A stretch of 64,000 nucleotides of DNA from an uncultured Chloroflexia bacterium (GTDB lineage: Bacteria; Chloroflexota; Limnocylindria; Limnocylindrales; CSP1-4). Within the stretch, counting starts at the first letter, position 1; the number at the start of each line of letters is the position of its first letter. The position numbers and the translations under genes were made by a program. The stretch lies in contig CAVYIM010000009.1 of assembly GCA_963768655.1 (NCBI GenBank), positions 96,001 through 160,000 on the forward strand, in the 5' to 3' direction. The notes beneath the pieces were generated by a model. That model searched no databases. It worked only from the letters and a program-made list of their open reading frames with translations, and was not told the origin of the DNA. Below, piece by piece: positions 8,760-18,417 of this stretch.

Positions 8760-9911
8760 GTGCGCCCCGTTGTCGTGCTCATTTTCCACGCCGCGGCCCC
8801 GGACGGGGCCGGGCCGCTGGTGAGCGCGCTGGCCGAGTCGCGCCACTCTCTGGCGGAGCGCCAGAAGCTTGCCTTCCTCGCGGCCGGCGCCGACGAGGCG
8901 GAGCTCGTGACGGGGCCGCCCGACGGGTTGTCGTTTGGCGAGCGGCTCGGGGCGGCGATGCGGGCCCGGACGGGCGGCCGCGGTGGGGCGGCAGGGGGCG
9001 GCCCGGCGGAGCGCCCCAAGGGCGGCGCCATCGTCCTCGGTTCGGGCAGTATCCCGCTCGCGCGGGCGGCCGATCTGCGACGCTTCGTGGAGGTCGCCGC
9101 GGGGCCGGCCGGGCACGCCCTGGCGAACAACCGCTATTCCGCCGATGTTGTCGCGGTTTCGCGGGCGGCGGATCTGGCCGATCTGCCGCCACTCCCCGTC
9201 GACAACGCCCTTCCCCGGTGGCTGGAGGAACGGGCCGGAGTGGCCGTCTCGGATCTCCGGTCACGCTGGCGGCTGGGCGTCGACATCGACACGCCGCTCG
9301 ATCTGATCGTGCTCGGCGAGCGTGCGGCCGTCGGCCGCGCCGCCCGCGACGGCGACCGCCACGGAACGGAGCCGCTCATTGGCGAGCGGCTGGCAGCACT
9401 CTCCGAAGTTCTGGCGAATCGCCGCGCCGAGCTGCTGGTCGCCGGCCGCGTCTCCTCGGCCACTCTCCGCTGGCTGGAGAGCGGCGTCGCCTGCCGCGTC
9501 CGAGCCCTCGTCGAGGAGCGCGGTCTCCGCGCCTCGAGCCGCCTTGCCCAATCGGGCGTCACCACCGGCTCTCGACCCCCTCGCTCCGTACTCGGGGAGC
9601 TGCTCGACCGTGACGGCCCCGAAGCCCTGACCGCCCTCGTCGCCCGCCTCGCAGACGCGGCGCTGATCGACACGCGCGTCCTGCTCGCCCACCACCACGG
9701 CGTCGACGAGGGGGCGTCCTGGCCGCCGGCCGAGGATCGCTTCGCGTCTGACCTGCTGCTGCCGGCGTCGATCTCCGATCCGTGGCTTCGGGCCCTCACG
9801 GGATCGGCCGCCACCTCACCGCCCGACCACCCGATCCTGCTCGGCGGCCACACCCTGGTGAACGGCGGACTCCGCCTGCTCGCGCAGCGGGCTCGTGCGG
9901 GGGCTCGATGA
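8760..9911 (+). CDS. Conserved hypothetical protein, nucleotide-diphospho-sugar transferase-like (CofC/DUF2064-like) N-terminal half
   Basis: SFGERL, GSGSIPL, NNRYSADVV, DIDTPLDL; stop overlaps next ATG. Confidence 0.55.
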   Translation: MRPVVVLIFHAAAPDGAGPLVSALAESRHSLAERQKLAFLAAGADEAELVTGPPDGLSFGERLGAAMRARTGGRGGAAGGGPAERPKGGAIVLGSGSIPLARAADLRRFVEVAAGPAGHALANNRYSADVVAVSRAADLADLPPLPVDNALPRWLEERAGVAVSDLRSRWRLGVDIDTPLDLIVLGERAAVGRAARDGDRHGTEPLIGERLAALSEVLANRRAELLVAGRVSSATLRWLESGVACRVRALVEERGLRASSRLAQSGVTTGSRPPRSVLGELLDRDGPEALTALVARLADAALIDTRVLLAHHHGVDEGASWPPAEDRFASDLLLPASISDPWLRALTGSAATSPPDHPILLGGHTLVNGGLRLLAQRARAGAR

Positions 9912-11164
9912 CGCCCGCTCATCGGCCTCCGTCGACCGGGGGCTCCTCACCGGGCGAACCACCGTCTCCGCCCAATTCTTCCTCCGACCGTTCCGCCCGT
10001 CTTTCCGCCCTGATCCGGTCCGAGATCGAATCGTCTGCCGACGGCCGGATCACTTTCGCCCAATTCATGGAGTTCGCCCTGTACGAGCAGGACCTCGGCT
10101 ACTACCGCCAGCCCGCCGACCGCCCCACCGACGCCGGCGACTTTCTGACCGCGCCGGAGACGCACCCGATCTTCGGCTGGACCTTCGCCCGCCGGATCGA
10201 GCAGATGTGGGCCGAGCTGGGTCGACCGCGCCCGTTCGACCTGATCGAATACGGAGCGGGGTCGGGCACCTTCGGGCTCTCGATTCTCGAGGGCTTCCGC
10301 CGCCACGACTCGATCGACTCGACAGACCTGCTGGCCGCCATTCGATACGAGCCGATCGAGTCGAATCCCAACCGCCTGGGCGACCTCCACGAGAGGTTCG
10401 AAAAGACCGGCCTTGCCGGGCTGCTGGCAATCTCGAGCTCCTGGCCGCCGCCCTCCGGGCCGGCCGCCTCGAACGAGGGCGTGCCCGTCACCGGCGTCAT
10501 CCTTGCCAACGAGTTCCTCGACGCGCTGCCGGTCCACCGGTTCGTCGTCCGGGGCGGACAACTGCTCGAGCTCTTCGTCACGTGGCGGGCGGGCTTCGTC
10601 GAAGTACCGGCCGAGCCATCCACGCCCGAGCTCGCCGCCCGTCTCGCCGCCGTCGGGATCGTGCCCGACCAGCTCGCCGAGGGTCAGGTCGGCGAAGTGT
10701 GCCTCGGCCTCGCCCCGTGGCTCGACGCCGTCGCGGCCCGCCTGGCCCGCGGGTTCGTGGTCGCCATCGACTACGGTTTCGAAGCCGCCGAGCTCTACGG
10801 CCCTCGCCATCTCGCCGGAACGCTGCTCGGTTATCGCGGCCACCGAGTGCAGGAGGATCCGTTCGCCGCCGTCGGGCTGACCGACCTGACCGCCCACGTC
10901 GACTTCACCGCTCTGGCGGTCCTCGGGGAGTGGCGCGGTCTCCGTTCCGTGGCTCTGACCACCCAGTCCGAGTTCCTCGTCGCCGCGGGGCTGGAGTCGG
11001 AGCTGCAAGCGCTCCAGGCCTCGCCCGCAACCACCATTGCCGATTACCTGCGCGCCCGCTCCGGCATCGTGCGCATGCTCGATCCCCGCCACATGGGCCG
11101 CTTCCGAGTGCTCACACTGGCCCGTGACGATGCTGTAGGTCCACCCGGAGGTCAGCCCGGCTGA
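9908..11164 (+). CDS. MidA/NDUFAF7-family SAM-dependent methyltransferase
   Basis: ITFAQFMEFALY..GYY, GDFLTAPE..PIFG, IEYGAGSG, NEFLDALPV, IDYG, DLTAHVDF, MGRFRVL. Confidence 0.9.
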   Translation: MTPAHRPPSTGGSSPGEPPSPPNSSSDRSARLSALIRSEIESSADGRITFAQFMEFALYEQDLGYYRQPADRPTDAGDFLTAPETHPIFGWTFARRIEQMWAELGRPRPFDLIEYGAGSGTFGLSILEGFRRHDSIDSTDLLAAIRYEPIESNPNRLGDLHERFEKTGLAGLLAISSSWPPPSGPAASNEGVPVTGVILANEFLDALPVHRFVVRGGQLLELFVTWRAGFVEVPAEPSTPELAARLAAVGIVPDQLAEGQVGEVCLGLAPWLDAVAARLARGFVVAIDYGFEAAELYGPRHLAGTLLGYRGHRVQEDPFAAVGLTDLTAHVDFTALAVLGEWRGLRSVALTTQSEFLVAAGLESELQALQASPATTIADYLRARSGIVRMLDPRHMGRFRVLTLARDDAVGPPGGQPG

Positions 11165-11791
11165 CCCGGGACGGCCGCCGCCCGGCCCCGCTGACCGGGT
11201 ACCCGTCATGGTCCCTCGACGGACAGGCGCTCGTGGTGATCTGCGAGACGGAGACACCGGGACCGACGACCACCCTCGGAAACAAGTCCGGGACGATCGC
11301 CGGCGAGGAGGCCGTGCTGATCGAAGTTCCGTGAGCCACGACCCGGCCCGCGATAGGGCACCTCCCGTATTGCCGGGCTTCGGCAATCGCGGCAACCTAC
11401 GCGGCGGAGCAGGGGGGAACGCGACGAGGCCGTCGGGTCGGGAGCGATCGGGCCCCTCGCCGCGTCGGCTCCGCTGATATCGAACATCCGTGTGCAGCCG
11501 TCAGTCGCTACCCCACTGACGGCCTAGCCGGAGACGCGGGCGGCACGACTAGCCCCGAGCCGCCCGCGCCGGCTTTTCTGGGACTCCCTGCAATCGCCGC
11601 TGTCTCACCAGCCTCCGGCGGCCCCCGCAGGTGACGGCTGCGATTCCCGGCTCCCCCGGCCCTGCTGGTAGACTTTCAGCTGGACTGCGAGGGAACGGGC
11701 ATTGAACCCGTCCCCACGTCCGGAGATCAACGCTTATGCCCGAACGCCCCGCGGGACGCCCCCCGCGGCCGGCAGGTACGGCTGGAGATAG

Positions 11792-12148
11792 ATGACCGGC
11801 ATCTGGTACGTGCTTGGCTTGGCTGCCGCGGGGGTCGGTTTCGTATTCCTCGTCATCGGCCTGGCCTGGGTCCTTTCGCACCGCAACCGCGGTGATCGTC
11901 ACAAGGGCCTGCCGTACGAGAGCGGCATCGACACGGTCGGCGACACCTGGTCCCAATTCGGCGTTTCCTTCTACATCTACGCTCTGCTCTTCGTGGCCTT
12001 CGACGTAGAGGTCGTGTTCCTCTTCCTGTGGGCGATCGTCTTCCGAAGTCTGCTGCTGGGCGGCCTCGTGAGCATGGGCACGTTCGTGGTCGTGCTCATG
12101 CTGGGATTGGCTTACGCCTGGCGGAAGGGAGTCCTGACGTGGCGGTAG
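11792..12148 (+). CDS. nuoA: NADH-quinone oxidoreductase subunit A
   Basis: PYESG, FYIYALLFVAFDVE, YAWRKGVLTW. Confidence 0.96.
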   Translation: MTGIWYVLGLAAAGVGFVFLVIGLAWVLSHRNRGDRHKGLPYESGIDTVGDTWSQFGVSFYIYALLFVAFDVEVVFLFLWAIVFRSLLLGGLVSMGTFVVVLMLGLAYAWRKGVLTWR

Positions 12149-12981
12149 GCGATCGAGGGCCGAAGGGAGCCAGGGCGGCGGCCTCCGGCCGGCCGGCCGG
12201 AGGCGCGGCAGCGCCACGGGTTCCGGCGGCGCCCGGGGCTTCGGCCGCGACGGGGGCTTCGGCCGCGACGGGGGCTTCGGCGGTCGGGGCCGCGGCGAAC
12301 GCGCCGGCGAAGAGCCAGCTCGCGCCCCTCGCTCCGGGCGAGCTGACCGCGCCCATCGTGGTTCGCAACACTCTCTGGCGGGCGGTCAACCCGCTGGCGT
12401 ACGACGGCGGGCGTCCGGCCGAGGCTACTCACCTGCGCGAGTTCGGTCTGACCGATGCCGGTCGGCGCGACGACGCGCGCTGGGGTGCGCTGCAGATCGT
12501 GCCGACCAAAGCGGACTACATCCTCGACCTCATCCGAGCCAACAGCCTGTGGCCGCTCCTTTCGGGCCTGGCTTGCTGCGCCTTCGAGATGATGTCGGGC
12601 GCCACCAGCAAGTTCGACATGGACCGCTGGGGCATGTTCCCGTTCCGGGCCTCGCCCCGCCAGTCGGACGTGCTCATCGTCGCCGGCACGCTCACGACAA
12701 AGATGTCCGGGCCGTTGGTCCGGTTGTGGGAGCAGATGCCGGAGCCCAAGTGGTGCGTTGCCCTCGGTGACTGCACCGTCTCGGGCGGCCGCTACAAGAG
12801 AAGCTACTCGACGGTCCAGGGCATCGACCGGGTCATGCCCGTGGATGTGTACATCCCCGGCTGCCCACCTCGTCCCGAAGGCCTCATTTACGGCATGCTC
12901 CAGCTCGGGCAGCTCGTCAAGGATCAGCGCGGGCACTGGCCCGAGCGCGAGATCGGCCCCACCGTACCGGACAAGATCTGA
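12139..12981 (+). CDS. nuoB: NADH-quinone oxidoreductase subunit B with Ala-rich N-extension (start uncertain)
   Basis: LACCAFEM, ASPRQSD, QMPEPKWCVALGDC, VDVYIPGCPPRPE. Confidence 0.95.
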   Translation: MAVGDRGPKGARAAASGRPAGGAAAPRVPAAPGASAATGASAATGASAVGAAANAPAKSQLAPLAPGELTAPIVVRNTLWRAVNPLAYDGGRPAEATHLREFGLTDAGRRDDARWGALQIVPTKADYILDLIRANSLWPLLSGLACCAFEMMSGATSKFDMDRWGMFPFRASPRQSDVLIVAGTLTTKMSGPLVRLWEQMPEPKWCVALGDCTVSGGRYKRSYSTVQGIDRVMPVDVYIPGCPPRPEGLIYGMLQLGQLVKDQRGHWPEREIGPTVPDKI

Positions 12982-12984
12982 CCG

Positions 12985-13542
12985 ATGGATCGCACCCTGA
13001 AGCGCCGGCTGGAAGCGCGCCTGAGCGCGCAGATCCAGGGCCCGATTCGCCAGCGCCACGACCAGACCGAGATTCGAATCGAGGCGGGCGACGTTCCGGA
13101 CGTGCTCCGCACGCTGCACGACTCCGTCGATTTCCGCTTCGAGATCCTGGCGGACCTGGCCGGCGTCGACACGGGCCGCGGGATGCAGGTCGTGTATCAC
13201 CTCTGGAGCGAAACCAGCCCGGACTGGCTGCGCATCATCGTCGACGGAATCTCCCGCGAGGACCCGCGCTGCCCGTCGGTCACGTTCCTGTGGACCGGCG
13301 CCGAGTGGCTCGAGCGCGAGGCCTACGACATGTTCGGCATCGTGTTCGAGGGCAACCGCGACCTGCGCCGCATCTTCATGCCGCCCGACTACACGAGCTT
13401 CCCGCTCCGCAAGGATTTCCTCCTGCCCGACGACGCGGCCCGATCCCCGGGCGAGGGTGTCCGGCACATGGAGCGAACCTACGCCCCGGCCGTCCTGGCC
13501 GACGATCCGGCGGCCGGCGTCCGCCGGGCGCCGGCGAGTTGA
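12985..13542 (+). CDS. nuoC: NADH-quinone oxidoreductase subunit C
   Basis: AEWLEREAYDMFGIVFEG..DLRRI..PLRKDF. Confidence 0.95.
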   Translation: MDRTLKRRLEARLSAQIQGPIRQRHDQTEIRIEAGDVPDVLRTLHDSVDFRFEILADLAGVDTGRGMQVVYHLWSETSPDWLRIIVDGISREDPRCPSVTFLWTGAEWLEREAYDMFGIVFEGNRDLRRIFMPPDYTSFPLRKDFLLPDDAARSPGEGVRHMERTYAPAVLADDPAAGVRRAPAS

Positions 13543-13550
13543 GGACCGAG

Positions 13551-14831
13551 ATGCCGCCTCGCCCCACCCGCCCGACGCCCCGCAAGACCCCCCGCCCGGA
13601 GGATCAGCGCCCGCCCGAGCAGCACCGCTCCGAGGACGACCCGCGCATCATGCTCGACCGCGAGATCAGCGCGGACCTGTACGAGCCGATCCCGCCCTAT
13701 CCAACTCGGACAGAGCGCGAGGCCGAGTTCTACACCCGCGGCGACGGGGAGATGTTCATCAACATCGGGCCGCACCACCCGGCCACTCACGGCGTCCTCC
13801 GTCTCGTGCTGAAGCTATCGGGCGAGCAGATAGTCGACGTCGACCCGGTCCTCGGCTATCTCCACCGCGGCGTCGAGAAGATCTGCGAGAACTCGGACTA
13901 CTACCACGTCATCGATCAGGTGGACCCGCTGGAGTACGTCAGCTCCCTGTTCCAGGAGTGGGCCGCGGTCCTCTCGTTCGAGAAGCTGATGGACGTGCAG
14001 GTGCCGCGACGGGCTGAGTACATCCGAGTCCTCTCCGGCGAGTTGCTGCGCGTAGCCAGCCACACCCTCTTCATGGGCTTCCTGGCCCTGGATCTGGGCG
14101 GTCTGACGCCGATCCTGTACAGCTTCATCGAGCGCGACGAGATCGTGGAGATGCTGGCGGCTCTCACCGGCGCGCGGATGCTCTTCAACTACTTCCGCAT
14201 CGGCGGCGTGAACGGCGACCTCAACCACGAATTCATGAGCCGCCTGGGCGACTGGATGAGCCGCGCCGCGAGGCAGACCGAAGCGAATTCCGGGCTGCTG
14301 AACGAGAACGAGATTTTCGTCCGGCGGACGCGCGGCGTCGGCGTCCTGGACCGGGCTACGGCCCTCCGCTTCGGGGTCACGGGCGGGAACCTGCGCGCTG
14401 CCGGCGTACCGTTCGACGTCCGCCGTGCCCACCCGTACAGCGTCTACCCGGAGCTCGACTTCAATATCCCGACTCGCCTGGAGGGCGACTCGCTGGCTCG
14501 CTACCTGATCCGCGTGGACGAGGTTCGCGAGTCGATCAGGATCATCGACCAGTGCCTGCACAACATGCCCGACGGGCCGGTCATGGCGAAGCTGCCACGG
14601 CTGCTCCGGCCCCGGCCCGGACGTGCCTGGGGCGCGTGCGAGGGCCCTCGCGGGATGCTCGGCGTGTACACGATCAGCGACGGCTCGGACCAGCCGTTCC
14701 GCTTCCAAATCCACGATCCGAGCTTCATGAATCTGGAGACGGTGCCCACGCTGCTGCCCGGCAACCTGCTGGCCGACACGATGACCATCGTCGCCTCGCT
14801 CGACCCGGTCCTGGGTGGGATCGACAAGTGA
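13551..14831 (+). CDS. nuoD: NADH-quinone oxidoreductase subunit D
   Basis: NIGPHHPATHGVLRL, GYLHRGVEK, EGPRG, SLDPVLGGIDK; no NiFe CxxC motifs. Confidence 0.96.
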   Translation: MPPRPTRPTPRKTPRPEDQRPPEQHRSEDDPRIMLDREISADLYEPIPPYPTRTEREAEFYTRGDGEMFINIGPHHPATHGVLRLVLKLSGEQIVDVDPVLGYLHRGVEKICENSDYYHVIDQVDPLEYVSSLFQEWAAVLSFEKLMDVQVPRRAEYIRVLSGELLRVASHTLFMGFLALDLGGLTPILYSFIERDEIVEMLAALTGARMLFNYFRIGGVNGDLNHEFMSRLGDWMSRAARQTEANSGLLNENEIFVRRTRGVGVLDRATALRFGVTGGNLRAAGVPFDVRRAHPYSVYPELDFNIPTRLEGDSLARYLIRVDEVRESIRIIDQCLHNMPDGPVMAKLPRLLRPRPGRAWGACEGPRGMLGVYTISDGSDQPFRFQIHDPSFMNLETVPTLLPGNLLADTMTIVASLDPVLGGIDK

Positions 14832-14841
14832 GGGCCGTTCG

Positions 14842-16203
14842 ATGACCTTCGCCGCTCGGACCTGGGGCCGAATGTCCCTGACCGCCCGCCTGGCCGCGAT
14901 CCTCGTGCCGCTGGCCGTGCTGCTGGCCATAGCCACCGTCGTGGGCATCGTGTTCATCCTGCCGCCCACGATCGATTTCCTGGGGGCGAACCTGCCGCTG
15001 GTTCGGTTCGTCGTCGCGGTCGTCGGCATCCTCGTCCTGACCATCCCGACTGCGTTCGTGCTGATCTACATGGAGCTCAAAGTCATCGCCCGCATGAACC
15101 TGCGAGTCGGCCCCAACAGGATCGGACCGTGGGGCGCGGCAATGAGCCTTCTCCACGGTTTCAAGGTTCTCTCCAAGGAGGACTTCGCCCCCACCGGCGC
15201 CGATATCGCGGTCTTCACGCTGGCCCCGGTGGTCACCTTCCTGGCCAGCGTCATGACCCTGCTCGTCATCCCGTTCGCGCCCGGCATCTTCGGCCAGGAC
15301 CTCAACATCGGCGTGCTCTATTTCTTCGCCATGGGCGGTCTCGCCGTCCTTGGTCTGCTCATGGCGGGCTGGGCGAGCTTCAACAAGTACTCGCTGCTGG
15401 GCGGGCTCCGCTCAGCGGCGCAGATCGTCAGCTACGAGATTCCGCTGACCATCTCCGTCGTGGGCGTGGTCCTGCTCGCGGGCACGATGAGCATGAACCA
15501 CATCGTTCTGTCCCAGTCGGGCTCCGCGCTGGACTGGTTCGCCCTCAAGCAACCCCTCGCGGTGCTGATCTTCTTCATCGCCGCCACGGCCGAGGCCAAC
15601 CGCACCCCGTTCGACATGACCGAGGCCGACTCTGAGATCGTCGCCGGATTTGCCACTGAGTACTCGGGGATGCGCTTCGGCTTCTTCTTCTTCGCCGAGT
15701 ACGTGAACGTCTTCATCATCTCGGCCCTCATGGTGACGCTCTTCTTCGGTGGCTGGACGGCGCCGTTCAACTGGCCCTGGCCGTACAACCTGAACTGGCT
15801 CGACGCCTCGGGCATCGGCATCCTCTGGATCGGGATCGCGCTGGTCGTCCTGTTCGTTGCCACGGACATCCTCGGCGCGGCGATCTGGCTGATCGGGGGC
15901 CGAGAGTGGAGCAGCCCGGCGGCCTTCGGCCTCGGCTTCCTGATCGCAGGCGCCGGCATCACCGCCGCAGTCGGCCTGGCCTGCTTCGTCGCCTTCGGCT
16001 GGGTCCAGGGCATCTTCTGGTTCATGGCCAAGACCTACGTCTTCGTCTTCACCTTCGTCTGGATGCGAGGAACCCTGCCGCGCGTCCGGGTGGATCAGCT
16101 GATGGGCTTCGCCTGGAAATGGCTCCTGCCCGCCTCGCTCCTGAACCTGTTCGTGACGGCGGCCGCAATCATCATCCTCAACCAACCGGTGACCCCGCGA
16201 TGA
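14842..16203 (+). CDS. nuoH: NADH-quinone oxidoreductase subunit H (elongated)
   Basis: RVGPNRIGPWG, NKYSLLGGLRSAAQIVSYE, EANRTPFD..EADSEIVAGF.TEYSG, RGTLPRVRVDQLM. Confidence 0.95.
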   Translation: MTFAARTWGRMSLTARLAAILVPLAVLLAIATVVGIVFILPPTIDFLGANLPLVRFVVAVVGILVLTIPTAFVLIYMELKVIARMNLRVGPNRIGPWGAAMSLLHGFKVLSKEDFAPTGADIAVFTLAPVVTFLASVMTLLVIPFAPGIFGQDLNIGVLYFFAMGGLAVLGLLMAGWASFNKYSLLGGLRSAAQIVSYEIPLTISVVGVVLLAGTMSMNHIVLSQSGSALDWFALKQPLAVLIFFIAATAEANRTPFDMTEADSEIVAGFATEYSGMRFGFFFFAEYVNVFIISALMVTLFFGGWTAPFNWPWPYNLNWLDASGIGILWIGIALVVLFVATDILGAAIWLIGGREWSSPAAFGLGFLIAGAGITAAVGLACFVAFGWVQGIFWFMAKTYVFVFTFVWMRGTLPRVRVDQLMGFAWKWLLPASLLNLFVTAAAIIILNQPVTPR

Positions 16204-17015
16204 GCTTCATCCCCGGCCTCGGCATCGCGAAGGGAATGGCGCTGACGCTGCGCCGCTTCTTCGCCCCCAAGGCCACGATCCAGTACCCCGAGACGAAGCC
16301 GGACATCGCCGTCCGCTTCCGCGGCCGGCTGCAGCTCCTGTACGATGAGTTCGGCAACCTCAAGTGCGAGACGTGCTTCCAGTGCGCCCAGGCCTGCCCG
16401 GTGGAATGCATCGACATGGGCGGCCACGACACCAAGGGCCGCTTCTACACCCACTGGGGACCGGCAGAGACTTACGGCGAGCGGCGCGAGGAGTCCGCGC
16501 TGCGGCGCTCCGGCCGGCCGGTTCCGGACGAGGCATTTGTCCATTTCGAGCCGATCGATCTGGTCGCGGTCGAGGAGATACTCGCGGCCCGCGACTACGA
16601 CCCGCGCAACATGCTGCCCATCCTCGAAGAGGTCCAGGCCGCGTACGGCTACCTGCCGATCGCCGCGATCAAGCACATCAGCCACGTAACCGGCGCCGCC
16701 TACGCCCTGGTGTATGGAACGGCGACCTACTACAGCCACCTGAGCTTCGAGCGACGGGCCCGAACGGTCGCGGTCTGCCGCTGCACGAGCTGCCTGCTCG
16801 CCGGGTCGGGACGGATCGCGAACGCGATCGGCGAGGGGCTGGGGACGAAGCTCGGCGGCCGGCCGGCCGGCGGCGTGGCGCTCGAGCAGCTGGCGGCCCA
16901 TATCCCCGGCGCGGCGTCGCCGCTCGTCACGCTGGATGGCGAGCCCCAGGCGGACGTGACCGAGACGAGCGCCGCCGCGTGGAGCCTTGCCCTGGCCGGG
17001 AAGACCGTGGCATGA
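16200..17015 (+). CDS. Fusion of NuoI N-terminal half (one CxxCxxCxxxCP motif) and NuoE-like domain
   Basis: NuoI-like GMALTLRRFF..TIQYPE..RFRGR..CETCFQCAQACP, then NuoE-like MLPILEEVQAAYGYLP..VYGTATYY..VCRCTSC. Confidence 0.85.
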   Translation: MSFIPGLGIAKGMALTLRRFFAPKATIQYPETKPDIAVRFRGRLQLLYDEFGNLKCETCFQCAQACPVECIDMGGHDTKGRFYTHWGPAETYGERREESALRRSGRPVPDEAFVHFEPIDLVAVEEILAARDYDPRNMLPILEEVQAAYGYLPIAAIKHISHVTGAAYALVYGTATYYSHLSFERRARTVAVCRCTSCLLAGSGRIANAIGEGLGTKLGGRPAGGVALEQLAAHIPGAASPLVTLDGEPQADVTETSAAAWSLALAGKTVA

Positions 17016-18409
17016 CGACCGTGAACGTGCTTCCGACGCCGGACAAGTGGCCCCACCTGTTGCTGCCCGCGGCCTCGGGGAGTGGCGCGGCCGGTGGCAG
17101 TGGCGCGGCCGGTGGCAGTGGCGCGAATGGCGCCCCGAGCGCCGCCCCCACTGATCTCGACGCAGCCGTTGCCGCCGGTGCCTTCAAGGGTCTGACCGAG
17201 GCTATCAAGGACCTGACCGCCGGCGAGATCGTGGCGGCGCTGGCCAATTCCGGGCTGCGCGGCCGTGGCGGGGCCGGGTTCCCCACGAGCGAGAAGTGGC
17301 GTTCCTGCGCCCTCGCGCCGGCCGACCGCCGCTACGTCGTCGTCCACGCCTACCAGTCGGATCCCGCCGTCTTCGCCGATCGTGTCCTCCTGGAGCGCAA
17401 CCCCTACGCGGTGCTCGAGGGAGCGGCCATCGCCGCCGTCGCCGTGGGAGCCTCCGACGTAATCGTCGCGCTCCACGCGGACGCCACAGAGGCGATCGCC
17501 ACGCTGGAGACCTCGATCCGCGAAGCCGAGATCGCGGGCTATCTGGGTGACGATGTCCTGGGCAGCGGTCGCGACATCCACGTCGAGGTCAAGCCACTTC
17601 AGGGCGCCTACATGCTGGGTGAGGAGACGGTCCTTCTCAAGGGCATCGAGGGCCGGCGCGGCCAGCCCGAGCAGGAGCCTCCGTATCCCACAACCAGAGG
17701 CCTGTACGGCAAGCCCACTCTCGTCCACAACGCCCAGACCTTCGCCGTGGTCCCTGGGATCATCACCGGTGGCCCCGGCACCTACCCCGAGGCCGGACTC
17801 AAAGGCGGCGCCGGCACGGTGCTGGTCCAGATCTCAGGCTCGGTCGTCAATCCGGGCCTCGCCGAGGTCCCGCTCGGCACGACGATCGCCGACATCGTGG
17901 CCCTGGCCGGCGGCGTCCCCGCGCCCCACACGGTCAAGGCGTTCCTCGTCGGCGGCCCATCCGGCGGCATCCTCCCGGCCGGGGCAGGCAAGACCCCCTA
18001 CGAGTTCGAAGCCCTCGAAGCCGCCGGCGCCTGGATGGGCTCAGGGTCGATCGTCGTCGTCGACGAGCGCAGCTGTCTCGTCGACCTCGCCTCGGTGCTG
18101 ACCCGCTTCTGCGCCGACCAGGCCTGCGGCAAGACGATCCCCTGCCGGATCGGGCTGCGCCGCATGGCCGAGATCGGGACGCGCTTCTGCGAGGGTCAGC
18201 CCCGCGGCGACGAGGTCGAGCGCCTGAACGATCTGTCCGCAGACATCGTGGCCAGCCGCCTGTGCGACCACGAACGCCGCTCAACGCTGCCTCTTCTGAG
18301 CCTCGTCCGGTACTTCCGCGACGAGCTCGACGCTCACATCGTCCGTAGCACGTGCCCCGCCGGGATCTGCCAGCCGATGGCAGCCTCTCGGGCCGGGGCC
18401 GTCTCCTGA
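17012..18409 (+). CDS. nuoF: NuoF-like flavoprotein subunit with divergent motifs
   Basis: SGLRGRGGAGFPT.EKW, GAYMLGEETVLL..EGRRGQP, SLBB ISGSV..PG, GGPSGG, CGKTIPCRIG, C-terminal CPAGIC. Confidence 0.85.
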   Translation: MTTVNVLPTPDKWPHLLLPAASGSGAAGGSGAAGGSGANGAPSAAPTDLDAAVAAGAFKGLTEAIKDLTAGEIVAALANSGLRGRGGAGFPTSEKWRSCALAPADRRYVVVHAYQSDPAVFADRVLLERNPYAVLEGAAIAAVAVGASDVIVALHADATEAIATLETSIREAEIAGYLGDDVLGSGRDIHVEVKPLQGAYMLGEETVLLKGIEGRRGQPEQEPPYPTTRGLYGKPTLVHNAQTFAVVPGIITGGPGTYPEAGLKGGAGTVLVQISGSVVNPGLAEVPLGTTIADIVALAGGVPAPHTVKAFLVGGPSGGILPAGAGKTPYEFEALEAAGAWMGSGSIVVVDERSCLVDLASVLTRFCADQACGKTIPCRIGLRRMAEIGTRFCEGQPRGDEVERLNDLSADIVASRLCDHERRSTLPLLSLVRYFRDELDAHIVRSTCPAGICQPMAASRAGAVS

Positions 18410-18417
18410 GGCGTCCC

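Noticed and set aside
11165-11790. Small ORFs or an ncRNA upstream of nuoA
   Set aside because: No recognisable motif or coding bias; probably promoter region (TAGACT near 11668).
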